Shown: positions 18,001 to 36,000 of the stretch, piece by piece
Position numbering within the stretch: position 1 is the first letter of the stretch
Layout: each line of letters opens with the position of its first letter
Source of the DNA: Eledone cirrhosa
Lineage: Eukaryota
Direction of reading: 5' to 3'
Length of the DNA stretch: 64,000 nucleotides
Assembly: GCA_964016885.1 (NCBI GenBank)
Contig: OZ024750.1
Span: forward strand, 34,968,001-35,032,000
Program-made: the position numbers and the translations under genes
Notes under the pieces: generated by a model
What the model saw: only the letters and a program-made list of their open reading frames with translations
Database searches by the model: none
What the model was told of the DNA's origin: nothing

Positions 18001-21000
18001 ATCTTGACTTGAAAAACCACCACATCTTGACTTGAACAACTACCACATCTTGACTTGAACAACCACCACATCTTGACATGAAAAACCACCACATCTTGAC
18101 TTGAACAACTATCACATCTTGACTTGAACAACTACCACATCTTGACTTGAACAACTGCCACATCTTGACTTGATGACCAACACATCTTGACTTGAACAAC
18201 CACCACATCTTGACTTGACAACTACCACATCTTGACTTGAACAACTACTGCATCCTGACTTGAACAACCACCACATCTTAACTTGACAACTACCACATCT
18301 TGACTTGAACAACTACCACATCTTGACTTGAAAACTACCACATCTTGACTTGAACAACCACAACATCTTGACTTGAAAACTACAACTTCTTGACTTGAAC
18401 AACTACCACATCTTGACTTGACAACCACCACACATCTTGACTTGCACAACTACCACATCTTGACTTGACAACTACCACATCTTGACTTGACAACCAACAC
18501 ACATCTTGACTTGAACAACTACCACATCTTGACTTGACAACTACCACACCTTGACTTGAACAACTACCACATCTTGACTTGAACAACTACAACATCTTGA
18601 CTTGAACAACCACCACATCTTGACTTGACAACTACCACATCTTGACTTGAACAACTGCCACATCTTGACTTGAACAACCACCACACATCTTGACTTGAAC
18701 AACCACCACATCTTGACTTGACAACTACCAAATCTTGACTTGAACAACTACCACATCTTGACTTGACAACTACCACATCTTGACTTGACAACTACCACAT
18801 TTTGACTTGAACAACTACCACATCTTGACTTGAACAACTACCACATCTTGACTTGACAACTGCCACATCTTGACTTGACAACTACCACATCTTGACTTGA
18901 ACAACTACCACATCTTGACTTGAACAACTACCACATCTTGACTTGAACAACCACCACATCTTGACTTGAAAAACCACCACATCTTGACTTGAACAACTAT
19001 CACATCTTGACTTGAAAAACTACCACATCTTGACTTGAACAACTGCCACATCTTGACTTGACAACCACCACATCTTGACTTGACAACCACCACAGATCTT
19101 GACTTGAACAACTACCACATCTTGACTTGACAACTACCACATCTTGACTTGAACAACTACCACATCTTGATTTGACAACCACCACACATCTTGACTTGAA
19201 CAACTACCACATCTTGACTTGAACAACTGCCACATCTTGACTTGACAACTACCACATCTTGACTTGACAACCACCACACATCTTGACTTGAACAACTACC
19301 ACATCTTGACTTGACAACTACCACATCTTGACTTGAACAACTACCACATCTTGACTTGACAACCACCACACATCTTGACTTGAACAACTACCACATCTTG
19401 ACTTGACAACTACCACATCTTGACTTGAACAACCACCACATCTTGACTTGAAAACTACCACATCTTGACTTGAACAACTACCACATCTTGACTTGACAAC
19501 CACCACACATCTTGACTTGAACAACTACCACATCTTGACATGACAACTACCACATCTTGACTTGAACAACCACCACATCTTGACTTGAACAACTACCACA
19601 TCTTGACTTGACAACTATCACATCTTGACTTGAACAACTACCACATCTTGACTTGAACAACTGCCATATCTTGACTTGACAACTACCACATCTTGACTTG
19701 AACAACTACCACATCTTGACTTGAAAAACCACCACATCTTGACTTGAACAACCACCACATCTTGACTTGAACAACTATCACATCTTGACTTGAACAACCA
19801 CCACATCTTGACTTGAACAACCACCACATCTTGACTTGAACAACTATCAAATCTTGACTTGAACAACCACCACATCTTGACTTGAACATCTACCACATCT
19901 TGACTTGAACAACTACCACATCTTGACTTGAACAACCACCACATCTTGACTTGACAACTACCACATCTTGACTTGAACAACCACCACATCTTGACTTGAA
20001 CAACTACCACATCTTGACTTGACAACTATCACATCTTGACTTGAACAATTACCACATCTTGACTTGAACAACTGCCACATCTTGACTTGTACAACTACCA
20101 CATCTGGACTTGAACAACTACCACATCTTGACTTGAAAAACCACCACATCTTGACTTGAACAACTACCACATCTTGACTTGAACAACCACCACATCTTGA
20201 CTTGAAAAACCACCACATCTTGACTTGAACAACTACCACATCTTGACTTGAACAACTGCCACATCTTGACTTGAACAACTACCACATCTTGACTTGAACA
20301 ACTACCACATCTTGACTTGAAAAACCACCACATCTTGACTTGAACAACTACCACATATTGACTTGAACAACTGCCACATCTTGACTTGACATCCACCACA
20401 TCTTGACTTGAACAACCACCACATCTTGACTTGACAACTACCACATCTTGACTTGAACAACTATTGCATCTTGACTTGACAACTACCACATCTTGACTTG
20501 AACAACCACCACATCTTGACTTGAAAACTACCACATCTTGACTTGAACAACTACCAAATCTTGACTTGACAACCACCACACATCTTGACTTGACAACTAC
20601 CACATCTTGACTTGAACAACTACAACATCTTGACTTGAACAACCACCACGTCTTGACTTGACAACTACCACATCTTGACTTGAACAACTGCCACATCTTG
20701 ACTTGAACAACCACCACATCTTGACTTGAACAACCACCACACATCTTGACTTGAACAAACACCACATCTTGACTTGACAATTACCACATCTTGACTTGAA
20801 CAACTACCACATCTTGACTTGAACAACTACCACATCCTCACTTGACAACTACCACATCTTGACTTGACAACTACCACATCTTGACTTGAACAACTACCAC
20901 ATCTTGACTTGAACAACTACCACATGTTGACTTGAACAACTGCCACATCTTGACTTGACAACTACCACATCTTGACTTGAACAACTACCACATCTTGACT

Positions 21001-24000
21001 TGAAAAACCACCACATCTTGACTTGAACAACTACCACATCTTGACTTGACAACTACAACATCTTGACTTGAACAACCACCACATCTTGACTTGAACAACT
21101 GCCACACATCTTGACTTGAACAACTACCACATCTTGACTTGAACAACCACAACACATCTTGACTTGAACAATTACCACATCTTGACTTGAACAACTCCAA
21201 CTTCTTGACTTGAACAACCACCACATCTTGACTTGACAACTACCACATCTTGACTTGAACAACCACCACATCTTGACTTGAACAACTACCACATCTTGAC
21301 TTGACAACTACCACATCTTGACTTGAACAACTGCCACATCTTGACTTGACAACTACCACATCTTGACTTGAACAACTACCACATGTTGACTTGAACAACT
21401 GCCACATCTTGACTTGACAACTACCACATCTTGACTTGAACAACTACCACATCTTGACTTGAAAAACAACGACATCTTGACTTGAACAACCACCACATCT
21501 TGACTTGAACAACTACCACATCTTGACTTGACAACTATCACATCTTCACTTGATCAACTACAACATCTTGACTTGACAACTACCACATCTTGACTTGAAC
21601 AACTACCACATCTTGACTTGACAACTACCACATCTTGACTTGAACAACCACAACATCTTGACTTGAACAATTACCACATCTTGACTTGAACAACTACAAC
21701 TTCTTGACTTGAACAACCACCACATCTTGACTTGACAACTACCACATCATGACTTGACAACTACCACATCTTGACTTGAACAACTGCCACATCTTGACTT
21801 GACAACTACCACATCTTGACTTGACAACTACCACATCTTGACTTGACAACCACCACACATCTTGACTTGAACAACTACCACATCTTGACTTGACAACTAC
21901 CACATCTTGACTTGAACAACTACCACATCTTGACTTGACAACCACCACACATCTTGACTTGAACAACTACCACATCTTGACTTGACAACTACCACATCTT
22001 GACTTGAACAACCACCACATCTTGACTTGAAAACTACCACATCTTGACTTGAACAACTACCACATCTTGACTTGACAACCACCACACATCTTGACTTGAA
22101 CAACTACCACATCTTGACATGACAACTACCACATCTTGACTTGACAACCACCACACATCTTGTCTTGAACAACTACCACATCTTGACATGAACAACTACC
22201 AAATCTTGACTTGACAACCACCACACATCTTGACTTGAACAACTACCACATCTTGACTTGATAACTACCACATCTTGACTTGACAACTACCACATCTTGA
22301 CTTGAACAACTACAACATCTTGACTTGAACAACCACCACGTCTTGACTTGACAACTACCACATCTTGACTTGAACAACTGCCACATCTTGACTTGAACAA
22401 CCACCACATCTTGACTTGAACAACCACCACACATCTTGACTTGAACAACCACCACATCTTGACTTGACAATTACCACATCTTGACTTGAACAACTACCAC
22501 ATCTTGACTTGAACAACTACCACATCCTGACTTGACAACTACCACATCTTGACTTGACAACTACCACATCTTGACTTGAACAACTACCACATCTTGACTT
22601 GAACAACTACCACATGTTGACTTGAACAACTGCCACATCTTGACTTGACAACTACCACATCTTGACTTGAACAACTACCACATCTTGACTTGAAAAACCA
22701 CCACATCTTGACTTGAACAACCACCACATCTTGACTTGAACAACCACCACATCTTGGCTTGACAACTATCACATCTTGACTTGAACAACTACCACATCTT
22801 GACTTGAACAACTGCCACATCTTGACTTGACAACTACCACTTCTTGACTTGAACAACTACCACATCTTAACTTGAACAACTACCACATCTTGACTTGACA
22901 ACTATCACATCTTGACTTGAACAACTACCACATCTTGCCTTGAACAACTGCCACATCTTGACTTGACAACTACCACATCTTGACTTGAACAACTACCACA
23001 TCTTGACTTGAAAAACCACCACATCTTGACTTGAACAACCACCACATCTTGACTTGAACAACTATCACATCTCGACTTGAACAACCACCACATCTTGACT
23101 TGAACAACCACCACATCTTGACTTGAACAACTATCACATCTTGACTTGAACAACCACCACATCTTGACTTGAACATCTACCACATCTTGACTTGAACAAC
23201 TACCACATCTTGACTTGAAAAACCACCACATCTTGACTTGAACAACCACCACATCTTGACTTGAACAACCACCACATCTTGACTTGAAAAACCACCACAT
23301 CTTGACTTGAACAACTATCACATCTTGACTTGAACAACTACCACATCTTGACTTGAACAACTGCCACATCTTGACTTGACAACCACCACATCTTGACTTG
23401 AACAACCACCACATCTTGACTTGACAACTACCACATCTTGACTTGAACAACGACCACATCTTGACTTGAACAACTACCACATCTTAACTTGAATAACTAC
23501 CACATCTTGACTTGACAACTATCACATCTTGACTTGAACAACTACCACATCTTGACTTGAACAACTGCCACATCTTGACTTGACAACTACCACATCTTGA
23601 CTTGAACAACTACCAAATCTTGACTTGAAAAACCAACACATCTTGACTTGAACAACCACCACATCTTGACTTGAACAACTATCACATCTCGACTTGAACA
23701 ACTACCACATCTTGACTTGAACAACCACCAGATCTTGACTTGAACAACTATCACATCTTGACTTCAACAACCACCACATCTTGACTTGAACATCTACCAC
23801 ATCTTGACTTGAACAACTACCACATCTTGACTTGAAAAACCACCACATCTTGACTTGAACAACTACCACATCTTGACTTGAACAACCACCACATCTTGAC
23901 ATGAAAAACCACCACATCTTGACTTGAACAACTATCACATCTTGACTTGAACAACTACCACATCTTGACTTGAACAACTGCCACATCTTGACTTGATGAC

Positions 24001-27000
24001 CAACACATCTTGACTTGAACAACCACCACATCTTGACTTGACAACTACCACATCTTGACTTGAACAACTACTGCATCCTGACTTGAACAACCACCACATC
24101 TTAACTTGACAACTACCACATCTTGACTTGAACAACTACCACATCTTGACTTGAAAACTACCACATCTTGACTTGAACAACCACAACATCTTGACTTGAA
24201 AACTACCATATCTTGACTTGAACAACTACCACATCTTGACTTGACAACCACCACACATCTTGACTTGCACAACTACCACATCTTGACTTGACAACTACCA
24301 CATCTTGACTTGACAACCAACACACATCTTGACTTGAACAACTACCACATCTTGACTTGACAACTACCACACCTTGACTTGAACAACTACCACATCTTGA
24401 CTTGAACAACTACAACATCTTGACTTGAACAACCACCACATCTTGACTTGACAACTACCACATCTTGACTTGAACAACTGCCACATCTTGACTTGAACAA
24501 CCACCACACATCTTGACTTGAACAACCACCACATCTTGACTTGACAACTACCAAATCTTGACTTGAACAACTATCACATCTTGACTTGACAACTACCACA
24601 TCTTGACTTGACAACTACCACATCTTGACTTGAACAACTACCACATCTTGACTTGAACAACTACCACATCTTGACTTGACAACTGCCACATCTTGACTTG
24701 ACAACTACCACATCTTGACTTGAACAACTACCACATCTTGACTTGAACAACTACCACATCTTGACTTGAACAACCACCACATCTTGACTTGAAAAACCAC
24801 CACATCTTGACTTGAACAACTATCACATCTTGACTTGAAAAACTACCACATCTTGACTTGAACAACTGCCACATCTTGACTTGACAACCACCACATCTTG
24901 ACTTGACAACCACCACAGATCTTGACTTGAACAACTACCACATCTTGACTTGACAACTACCACATCTTGACTTGAACAACTACCACATCTTGATTTGACA
25001 ACCACCACACATCTTGACTTGAACAACTACCACATCTTGACTTGAACAACTGCCACATCTTGACTTGACAACCACCACATCTTGACTTGACAACCACCAC
25101 ACATCTTGACTTGAACAACTACCACATCTTGACTTGACAACTACCACATCTTGACTTGAACAACTACCACATCTTGACTTGACAACCACCACACATCTTG
25201 ACTTGAACAACTACCACATCTTGACTTGACAACTACCACATCTTGACTTGAACAACCACCACATCTTGACTTGAAAACTACCACATCTTGACTTGAACAA
25301 CTACCACATCTTGACTTGACAACCACCACACATCTTGACTTGAACAACTACCACATCTTGACATGACAACTACCACATCTTGACTTGACAACCACCACAC
25401 ATCTTGTCTTGAACAACTACCACATCTTGACATGAACAACTACCAAATCTTGACTTGACAACCACCACACATCTTGACTTGAACAACTACCACATCTTGA
25501 CTTGATAACTACCACATCTTGACTTGACAACTACCACATCTTGACTTGAACAACTACAACATCTTGACTTGAACAACCACCACGTCTTGACTTGACAACT
25601 ACCACATCTTGACTTGAACAACTGCCACATCTTGACTTGAACAACCACCACATCTTGACTTGAACAACCACCACACATCTTGACTTGAACAACCACCACA
25701 TCTTGACTTGACAATTACCACATCTTGACTTGAACAACTACCACATCTTGACTTGAACAACTACCACATCCTGAGTTGACAACTACCACATCTTGACTTG
25801 ACAACTACCACATCTTGACTTGAACAACTACCACATCTTGACTTGAACAACTACCACATGTTGACTTGAACAACTGCCACATCTTGACTTGACAACTACC
25901 ACATCTTGACTTGAACAACTACCACATCTTGACTTGAAAAACCACCACATCTTGACTTGAACAACCACCACATCTTGACTTGAACAACCACCACATCTTG
26001 GCTTGACAACTATCACATCTTGACTTGAACAACTATCACATCTTGACTTGAACAACCACCACATCTTGACTTGAACAACCACCACATCTTGACTTGAACA
26101 ACCACCACATCTTGACTTGAAAAACCACCACATCTTGACTTGAACAACTATCACATCTTGACTTGAACAACTACCACATCTTGACTTGAACAACTGCCAC
26201 ATCTTGACTTGACAACCACCACATCTTGACTTGAACAACCACCACATCTTGACTTGACAACTACCACATCTTGACTTGAACAACGACCACATCTTGACTT
26301 GAACAACTACCACATCTTAACTTGAATAACTACCACATCTTGACTTGACAACTATCACATCTTGACTTGAACAACTACCACATCTTGACTTGAACAACTG
26401 CCACATCTTGACTTGACAACTACCACATCTTGACTTGAACAACTACCAAATCTTGACTTGAAAAACCAACACATCTTGACTTGAACAACCACCACATCTT
26501 GACTTGAACAACTATCACATCTCGACTTGAACAACTACCACATCTTGACTTGAACAACCACCAGATCTTGACTTGAACAACTATCACATCTTGACTTCAA
26601 CAACCACCACATCTTGACTTGAACATCTACCACATCTTGACTTGAACAACTACCACATCTTGACTTGAAAAACCACCACATCTTGACTTGAACAACTACC
26701 ACATCTTGACTTGAACAACCACCACATCTTGACATGAAAAACCACCACATCTTGACTTGAACAACTATCACATCTTGACTTGAACAACTACCACATCTTG
26801 ACTTGAACAACTGCCACATCTTGACTTGATGACCAACACATCTTGACTTGAACAACCACCACATCTTGACTTGACAACTACCACATCTTGACTTGAACAA
26901 CTACTGCATCCTGACTTGAACAACCACCACATCTTAACTTGACAACTACCACATCTTGACTTGAACAACTACCACATCTTGACTTGAAAACTACCACATC

Positions 27001-30000
27001 TTGACTTGAACAACCACAACATCTTGACTTGAAAACTACCATATCTTGACTTGAACAACTACCACATCTTGACTTGACAACCAACACACATCTTGACTTG
27101 AACAACTACCACATCTTGACTTGACAACTACCACACCTTGACTTGAACAACTACCACATCTTGACTTGAACAACTACAACATCTTGACTTGAACAACCAC
27201 CACATCTTGACTTGACAACTACCACATCTTGACTTGAACAACTGCCACATCTTGACTTGAACAACCACCACACATCTTGACTTGAACAACCACCACATCT
27301 TGACTTGACAACTACCAAATCTTGACTTGAACAACTACCACATCTTGACTTGACAACTACCACATCTTGACTTGACAACTACCACATCTTGACTTGAACA
27401 ACTACCACATCTTGACTTGAACAACTACCACATCTTGACTTGACAACTGCCACATCTTGACTTGACAACTACCACATCTTGACTTGAACAACTACCACAT
27501 CTTGACTTGAACAACTACCACATCTTGACTTGAACAACCACCACATCTTGACTTGAAAAACCACCACATCTTGACTTGAACAACTATCACATCTTGACTT
27601 GAAAAACTACCACATCTTGACTTGAACAACTGCCACATCTTGACTTGACAACCACCACATCTTGACTTGACAACCACCACAGATCTTGACTTGAACAACT
27701 ACCACATCTTGACTTGACAACTACCACATCTTGACTTGAACAACTACCACATCTTGATTTGACAACCACCACACATCTTGACTTGAACAACTACCACATC
27801 TTGACTTGAACAACTGCCACATCTTGACTTGACAACCACCACATCTTGACTTGACAACCACCACACATCTTGACTTGAACAACTACCACATCTTGACTTG
27901 ACAACTACCACATCTTGACTTGAACAACTACCACATCTTGACTTGACAACCACCACACATCTTGACTTGAACAACTACCACATCTTGACTTGACAACTAC
28001 CACATCTTGACTTGAACAACCACCACATCTTGACTTGAAAACTACCACATCTTGACTTGAACAACTACCACATCTTGACTTGACAACCACCACACATCTT
28101 GACTTGAACAACTACCACATCTTGACATGACAACTACCACATCTTGACTTGACAACCACCACACATCTTGTCTTGAACAACTACCACATCTTGACATGAA
28201 CAACTACCAAATCTTGACTTGACAACCACCACACATCTTGACTTGAACAACTACCACATCTTGACTTGATAACTACCACATCTTGACTTGACAACTACCA
28301 CATCTTGACTTGAACAACTACAACATCTTGACTTGAACAACCACCACGTCTTGACTTGACAACTACCACATCTTGACTTGAACAACTGCCACATCTTGAC
28401 TTGAACAACCACCACATCTTGACTTGAACAACCACCACACATCTTGACTTGAACAACCACCACATCTTGACTTGACAATTACCACATCTTGACTTGAACA
28501 ACTACCACATCTTGACTTGAACAACTACCACATCCTGAGTTGACAACTACCACATCTTGACTTGACAACTACCACATCTTGACTTGAACAACTACCACAT
28601 CTTGACTTGAACAACTACCACATGTTGACTTGAACAACTGCCACATCTTGACTTGACAACTACCACATCTTGACTTGAACAACTACCACATCTTGACTTG
28701 AAAAACCACCACATCTTGACTTGAACAACCACCACATCTTGACTTGAACAACCACCACATCTTGGCTTGACAACTATCACATCTTGACTTGAACAACTAT
28801 CACATCTTGACTTGAACAACCACCACATCTTGACTTGAACATCTACCACATCTTGACTTGAACAACTACCACATCTTGACTTGAAAAACCACCACATCTT
28901 GACTTGAACAACCACCACATCTTGACTTGAACAACCACCACATCTTGACTTGAAAAACCACCACATCTTGACTTGAACAACTATCACATCTTGACTTGAA
29001 CAACTACCACATCTTGACTTGAACAACTGCCACATCTTGACTTGACAACCACCACATCTTGACTTGAACAACCACCACATCTTGACTTGACAACTACCAC
29101 ATCTTGACTTGAACAACTACCACATCTTGACTTGAACAACTACCACATCTTAACTTGAATAACTACCACATCTTGACTTGACAACTATCACATCTTGACT
29201 TGAACAACTACCACATCTTGACTTGAACAACTGCCACATCTTGACTTGACAACTACCACATCTTGACTTGAACAACTACCAAATCTTGACTTGAAAAACC
29301 AACACATCTTGACTTGAACAACCACCACATCTTGACTTGAACAACTATCACATCTCGACTTGAACAACCACCACATCTTGACTTGAACAACCACCAGATC
29401 TTGACTTGAACAACTATCACATCTTGACTTCAACAACCACCACATCTTGACTTGAACATCTACCACATCTTGACTTGAACAACTACCACATCTTGACTTG
29501 AAAAACCATCACATCTTGACTTGAACAACTACCACATCTTGACTTGAACAACCACCACATCTTGACATGAAAAACCACCACATCTTGACTTGAACAACTA
29601 TCACATCTTGACTTGAACAACTACCACATCTTGACTTGAACAACTGCCACATCTTGACTTGATGACCAACACATCTTGACTTGAACAACCACCACATCTT
29701 GACTTGACAACTACCACATCTTGACTTGAACAACTACTGCATCCTGACTTGAACAACCACCACATCTTAACTTGACAACTACCACATCTTGACTTGAACA
29801 ACTACCACATCTTGACTTGAAAACTACCACATCTTGACTTGAACAACCACAACATCTTGACTTGAAAACTACCATATCTTGACTTGAACAACTACCACAT
29901 CTTGACTTGACAACCACCACACATCTTGACTTGCACAACTACCACATCTTGACTTGACAACTACCACATCTTGACTTGACAACCAACACACATCTTGACT

Positions 30001-33000
30001 TGAACAACTACCACATCTTGACTTGACAACTACCACACCTTGACTTGAACAACTACCACATCTTGACTTGAACAACTACAACATCTTGACTTGACAACTA
30101 CCAAATCTTGACTTGAACAACTACCACATCTTGACTTGACAACTACCACATCTTGACTTGACAACTACCACATCTTGACTTGAACAACTACCACATCTTG
30201 ACTTGAACAACTACCACATCTTGACTTGACAACTGCCACATCTTGACTTGACAACTACCACATCTTGACTTGAACAACTACCACATCTTGACTTGAACAA
30301 CTACCACATCTTGACTTGAACAACCACCACATCTTGACTTGAAAAACCACCACATCTTGACTTGAACAACTATCACATCTTGACTTGAAAAAACTACCAC
30401 ATCTTGACTTGAACAACTGCCACATCTTGACTTGACAACCACCACATCTTGACTTGACAACCACCACACATCTTGACTTGAACAACTACCACATCTTGAC
30501 TTGACAACTACCACATCTTGACTTGAACAACTACCACATCTTGATTTGACAACCACCACACATCTTGACTTGAACAACTACCACATCTTGACCTGAACAA
30601 CTACCACATCTTGACTTGAACAACCACCACACATCTTGACTTGAACAACCACCACATCTTGACTTGACAACTACCACATCTTGACTTGAACAACTACCAC
30701 ATCTTGACTTGAACATCTACCATATCTTGACTTGAACAACTACCACATCTTGACTTGAACAACTACCACATCTTGACTTGAACAACTACCACATCTTGAC
30801 TTGACAACTACCACATCTTGACTTGACAACTACCACATCTTGACTTGAACAACTACCACATCTTGACTTGAACAACTACCACATCTTGACTTGACAACTG
30901 CCACATCTTGACTTGACAACTACCACATCTTGACTTGAACAACTACCACATCTTGACTTGACAACTACCACATCTTGACTTGAACAACTACCACATCTTG
31001 ACTTGAACAACCACCACATCTTGACTTGAACAACCACCACACATCTTGACTTGAACAACCACCACATCTTGACTTGACAACTACCACATCTTGACTTGAA
31101 CAACTACCACATCTTGACTTGAACAACTACCACATCTTGACTTGAACAACTACCACATCTTGACTTGAACAACTACCACATCTTGACTTGAACAACTACC
31201 ACATCTTGACTTGACAACTACCACATCTTGACTTGACAACTACCACATCTTGACTTGACAACTACTGCATCTTGACTTGAACAACCACCATGTCTTAACT
31301 TGACAACTACCACATCTTGACTTGAACAACTACCATATCTTGACATGAAAACTACCACATCTTGACTTGAACAACCACAATATCTTGACTTGAAAACTAC
31401 CATATCTTGACTTGAACAACTACCACATCTTGACTTGACAACCACCACACATTTTGACTTGAACAACTACCACATCTTGACTTGACAACTACCACATCTT
31501 GACTTGACAACCACCACACATCTTGACTTGAACAACTACCACATCTTGACTTGACAACTACCACATCTTGACTTGAACAACTACCACAACTTGACTTGAC
31601 AACCACCACACATCTTGACTTGAACAACTACCACATCTTGACTTGAACAACTACCACATCTTGACTTGACAACCACCACACATCTTGACTTGAACAACTA
31701 CCACATCTTGACTTGAACAACTACCACATCTTGACTTGACAACTACCAAATCTTGACTTGAACAACAACAACATCTTGACTTGAACAACCACCACATCTT
31801 GACTTGACAACTACCACATCTTGACTTGAACAACCACCTCATCTTGACTTGAACAACTACCACATCTTGACTTGACAACTACCACATCTTGACTTGAACA
31901 ACTACCACATCTTGACTTGACAACTACCACATCTTGACGTGAACAACCGCCACATCTTGACTTGAACAACTGCCACACATCTTGACTTGAACAACTACCA
32001 CATCTTGACTTGAACAACCACAACACATCTTGACTTGAACAATTACCACATCTTGACTTGAACAACTACAACTTCTTGACTTGAACAACCACCACATCTT
32101 GACTTGACAACTACCACATCTTGACTTGAACAACCACCACATCTTGACTTGAACAACTACCACATCTTGACTTGACAAATACCACATCTTGACTTGAACA
32201 ACTGCCACATCTTGACTTGACAACTACCACATCTTGACTTGAACAACTACCACATGTTGACTTGAACAACTGCCACATCTTGACTTGACAACTACCACAT
32301 CTTGACTTGAACAACTACCACATCTTGACTTGAAAAACAACGACATCTTGACTTGAACAACCACCACATCTTGACTTGAACAACTACCACATCTTGACTT
32401 GACAACTACCACATCTTGACTTGACAACTACCACATCTTGACTTGAACAACTACATCTTGACTTGAACAACCACCACATCTTGACTTGACAACTACCACA
32501 TCTTGACTTGAACAACTGCCACATCTTGACTTGAACAACCACCACATCTTGACTTGAACAACCACCACACATCTTGACTTGAACAACCACCACATCTTGA
32601 CTTGACAATTACCACATCTTGACTTGAACAACTACCACATCTTGACTTGAACAACTACCACATCTTGAATTGAACAACTACCACATCTTGACTTGAACAA
32701 CTACCACATCCTGACTTGACGACTACCACATCTTGACTTGACACCTATCACATCTTGACTTGAACAACTACCACATCTTGACTTGAACAACTACCACATG
32801 TTGACTTGAACAACCACCACATCTTGACTTGACAACTATCACATCTTGACTTGAACAACTACCACATCTTGACTTGAACAACTGCCACATCTTGACTTGA
32901 CAACTACCACATCTTGACTTGAACAACTACCACATCTTGACTTGAAAAACCACCACATCTTGACTTGAACAACCACCACATCTTGACTTGAACAACCACC

Positions 33001-36000
33001 ACATCTTGACTTGACAACTATCACATCTTGACTTGAACAACTACCACATCTTGACTTGAACAACTGCCACATCTTGACTTGACAACAACCACTTCTTGCC
33101 TTGAACAACTACCACATCTTGACTTGACAACTATCACATCTTGACTTGAACAACTACCACATCTTGACTTGAACAACTGCCACATCTTGACTTGATAACT
33201 ACCACATCTTGACTTGAACAACTACCACATCTTGACTTGAAAAACCACCACATCTTGACTTGAACAACCACCACATCTTGACTTGAACAACTATCACATC
33301 TCGACTTGAACAACCACCACATCTTGACTTGAACAACTATCACATCTTGACTTGAACAACCACCACATCTTGACTTGAACATCTACCACATCTTGACTTG
33401 AACAACTACCACATCTTGACTTGAAAAACCACCACATCTTGACTTGAACAACTACCACATCTTGACTTGAACAACCACCACATCTTGACTTGAAAAACCA
33501 CCACATCTTGACTTGAACAACTACCACATCTTGACTTGAACAACTGCCACATCTTGACTTGACAACCACCACATCTTGACTTGAACAACCACCACATCTT
33601 GACTTGAACAACTACCACATCTTGACTTGAACAACTACCACATCTTGACTTGAACAACTACCACATCCTGACTTGACAACTACCACATCTTGACTTGACA
33701 ACTACCACATCTTGACTTGAACAACTACCACATCTTGACTTGAACAACTACCACATGTTGACTTGAACAACTGCCACATCTTGACTTGACAACTACCACA
33801 TCTTGACTTGAACAACTACCACATCTTGACTTGAAAAACCACCACATCTTGACTTGAACAACCACCACATCTTGACTTGAACAACCACCACATCTTGACT
33901 TGACAACTATCACATCTTGACTTGAACAACTACCACATCTTGACTTGAACAACTGCCACATCTTGACTTGACAACTACCACTTCTTGACTTGAACAACTA
34001 CCACATCTTAACTTGAACAACTACCACATCTTGACTTGACAACTATCACATCTTGACTTGAACAACTACCACATCTTGACTTGAACAACTGCCACATCTT
34101 GACTTGACAACTACCACATCTTGACTTGAACAACTACCACATCTTGACTTGAAAAACCACCACATCTTGACTTGAACAACCACCACATCTTGACTTGAAC
34201 AACTATCACATCTTGACTTGAACAACCACCACATCTTGACTTGAACAACCACCACATCTTGACTTGAACAACTACCACATCTTGACTTGAACAACTACCA
34301 CATCTTAATTGAATAACTACCACACCTTGACTTGACAACTATCACATCTTGACTTGAACAACTACCACATCTTGACTTGAACAACTGCCACATCTTGACT
34401 TGACAACTACCACATCTTGACTTGAACAACTACCAAATCTTGACTTGAAAAACCAACACATCTTGACTTGAACAACCACCACATCTTGACTTGAACAACT
34501 ATCACATCTCGACTTGAACAACCACCACATCTTGACTTGAACAACCACCAGATCTTGACTTGAACAACTATCACATTTTGACTTGAACAACCACCACATC
34601 TTGACTTGAACATCTACCACATCTTGACTTGAACAACTACCACATCTTGACTTGAAAAACCACCACATCTTGACTTGAACAACTACCACATCTTGACTTG
34701 AACAACCAACACATCTTGACATGAAAAACCACCACATCTTGACTTGAACAACTATCACATCTTGACTTGAACAACTACCACATCTTGACTTGAACAACTA
34801 CCACATCTTGACTTGACAACCACCACATCTTGACTTGAACAACCACCACATCTTGACTTGACAACTACCACATCTTGACTTGAACAACTGCCACACATCT
34901 TGACTTGAACAACTACCACATCTTGGCTTGAACAACCACAACACATCTTGACTTGAACAATTACCACATCTTGACTTGAACAACTACAACTTCTTGACTT
35001 GAACAACCAACACATCTTGACTTGACAACTACCACATCTTGACTTGAACAACCACCACATCTTGACTTGAACAACTACCACATCTTGACTTGACAACTAC
35101 CACATCTTGACTTGAACAACTGCCACATCTTGACTTGACAACTACCACATCTTGACTTGAACAACTACCACATGTTGACTTGAACAACTGCCACATCTTG
35201 ACTTGACAACTACCACATCTTGACTTGAACAACTACCACATGTTGACTTGACAACTACCACATCTTGACTTGAACAACCACCACATCTTGACTTGAACAA
35301 CCACAACACATCTTGACTTGAACAATTACCACATCTTGACTTGAACAACTACAACTTCTTGACTTGAACAAACACCACATATTGACTTGACAACTACCAC
35401 ATCTTGACTTGACAACCACCACACATCTTGACTTGAACAACTACCACATCTTGACTTGACAACTATCACATCTTGACTTGAACAACTACCACATCTTGAC
35501 TTGAACAACTGCCTTATCTTGACTTGAAAACTACCACATCTTGACTTGACAACCACCACACATCTTGACTTGAACAACTACCACATCTTGACATGACAAC
35601 TACCACATCTTGACTTGACAACCACCACACATCTTGACTTGAACAACTACCACATCTTGACTTGACAACTACCAAATCTTGACTTGAACAACTACCACAT
35701 CTTGACTTGACAACCATCACACATCTTGACTTGAACAACTACCACATCTTGACTTGACAACTACCACATCTTGACTTGAACAACCACCACATCTTGACTT
35801 GAACAACTACCACATCTTGACTTGACAACTACAACTTCTTGACTTCAACAACCACCACATCTTGACTTGACAACTACCACATCTTGACTTGATCAACCAC
35901 CACATCTTGACTTGAACAACTACCACATCTTGACTTGACAACTACCACATCTTGACTTGAACAACTGCCACATCTTGACTTGACAACTACCACATCTTGA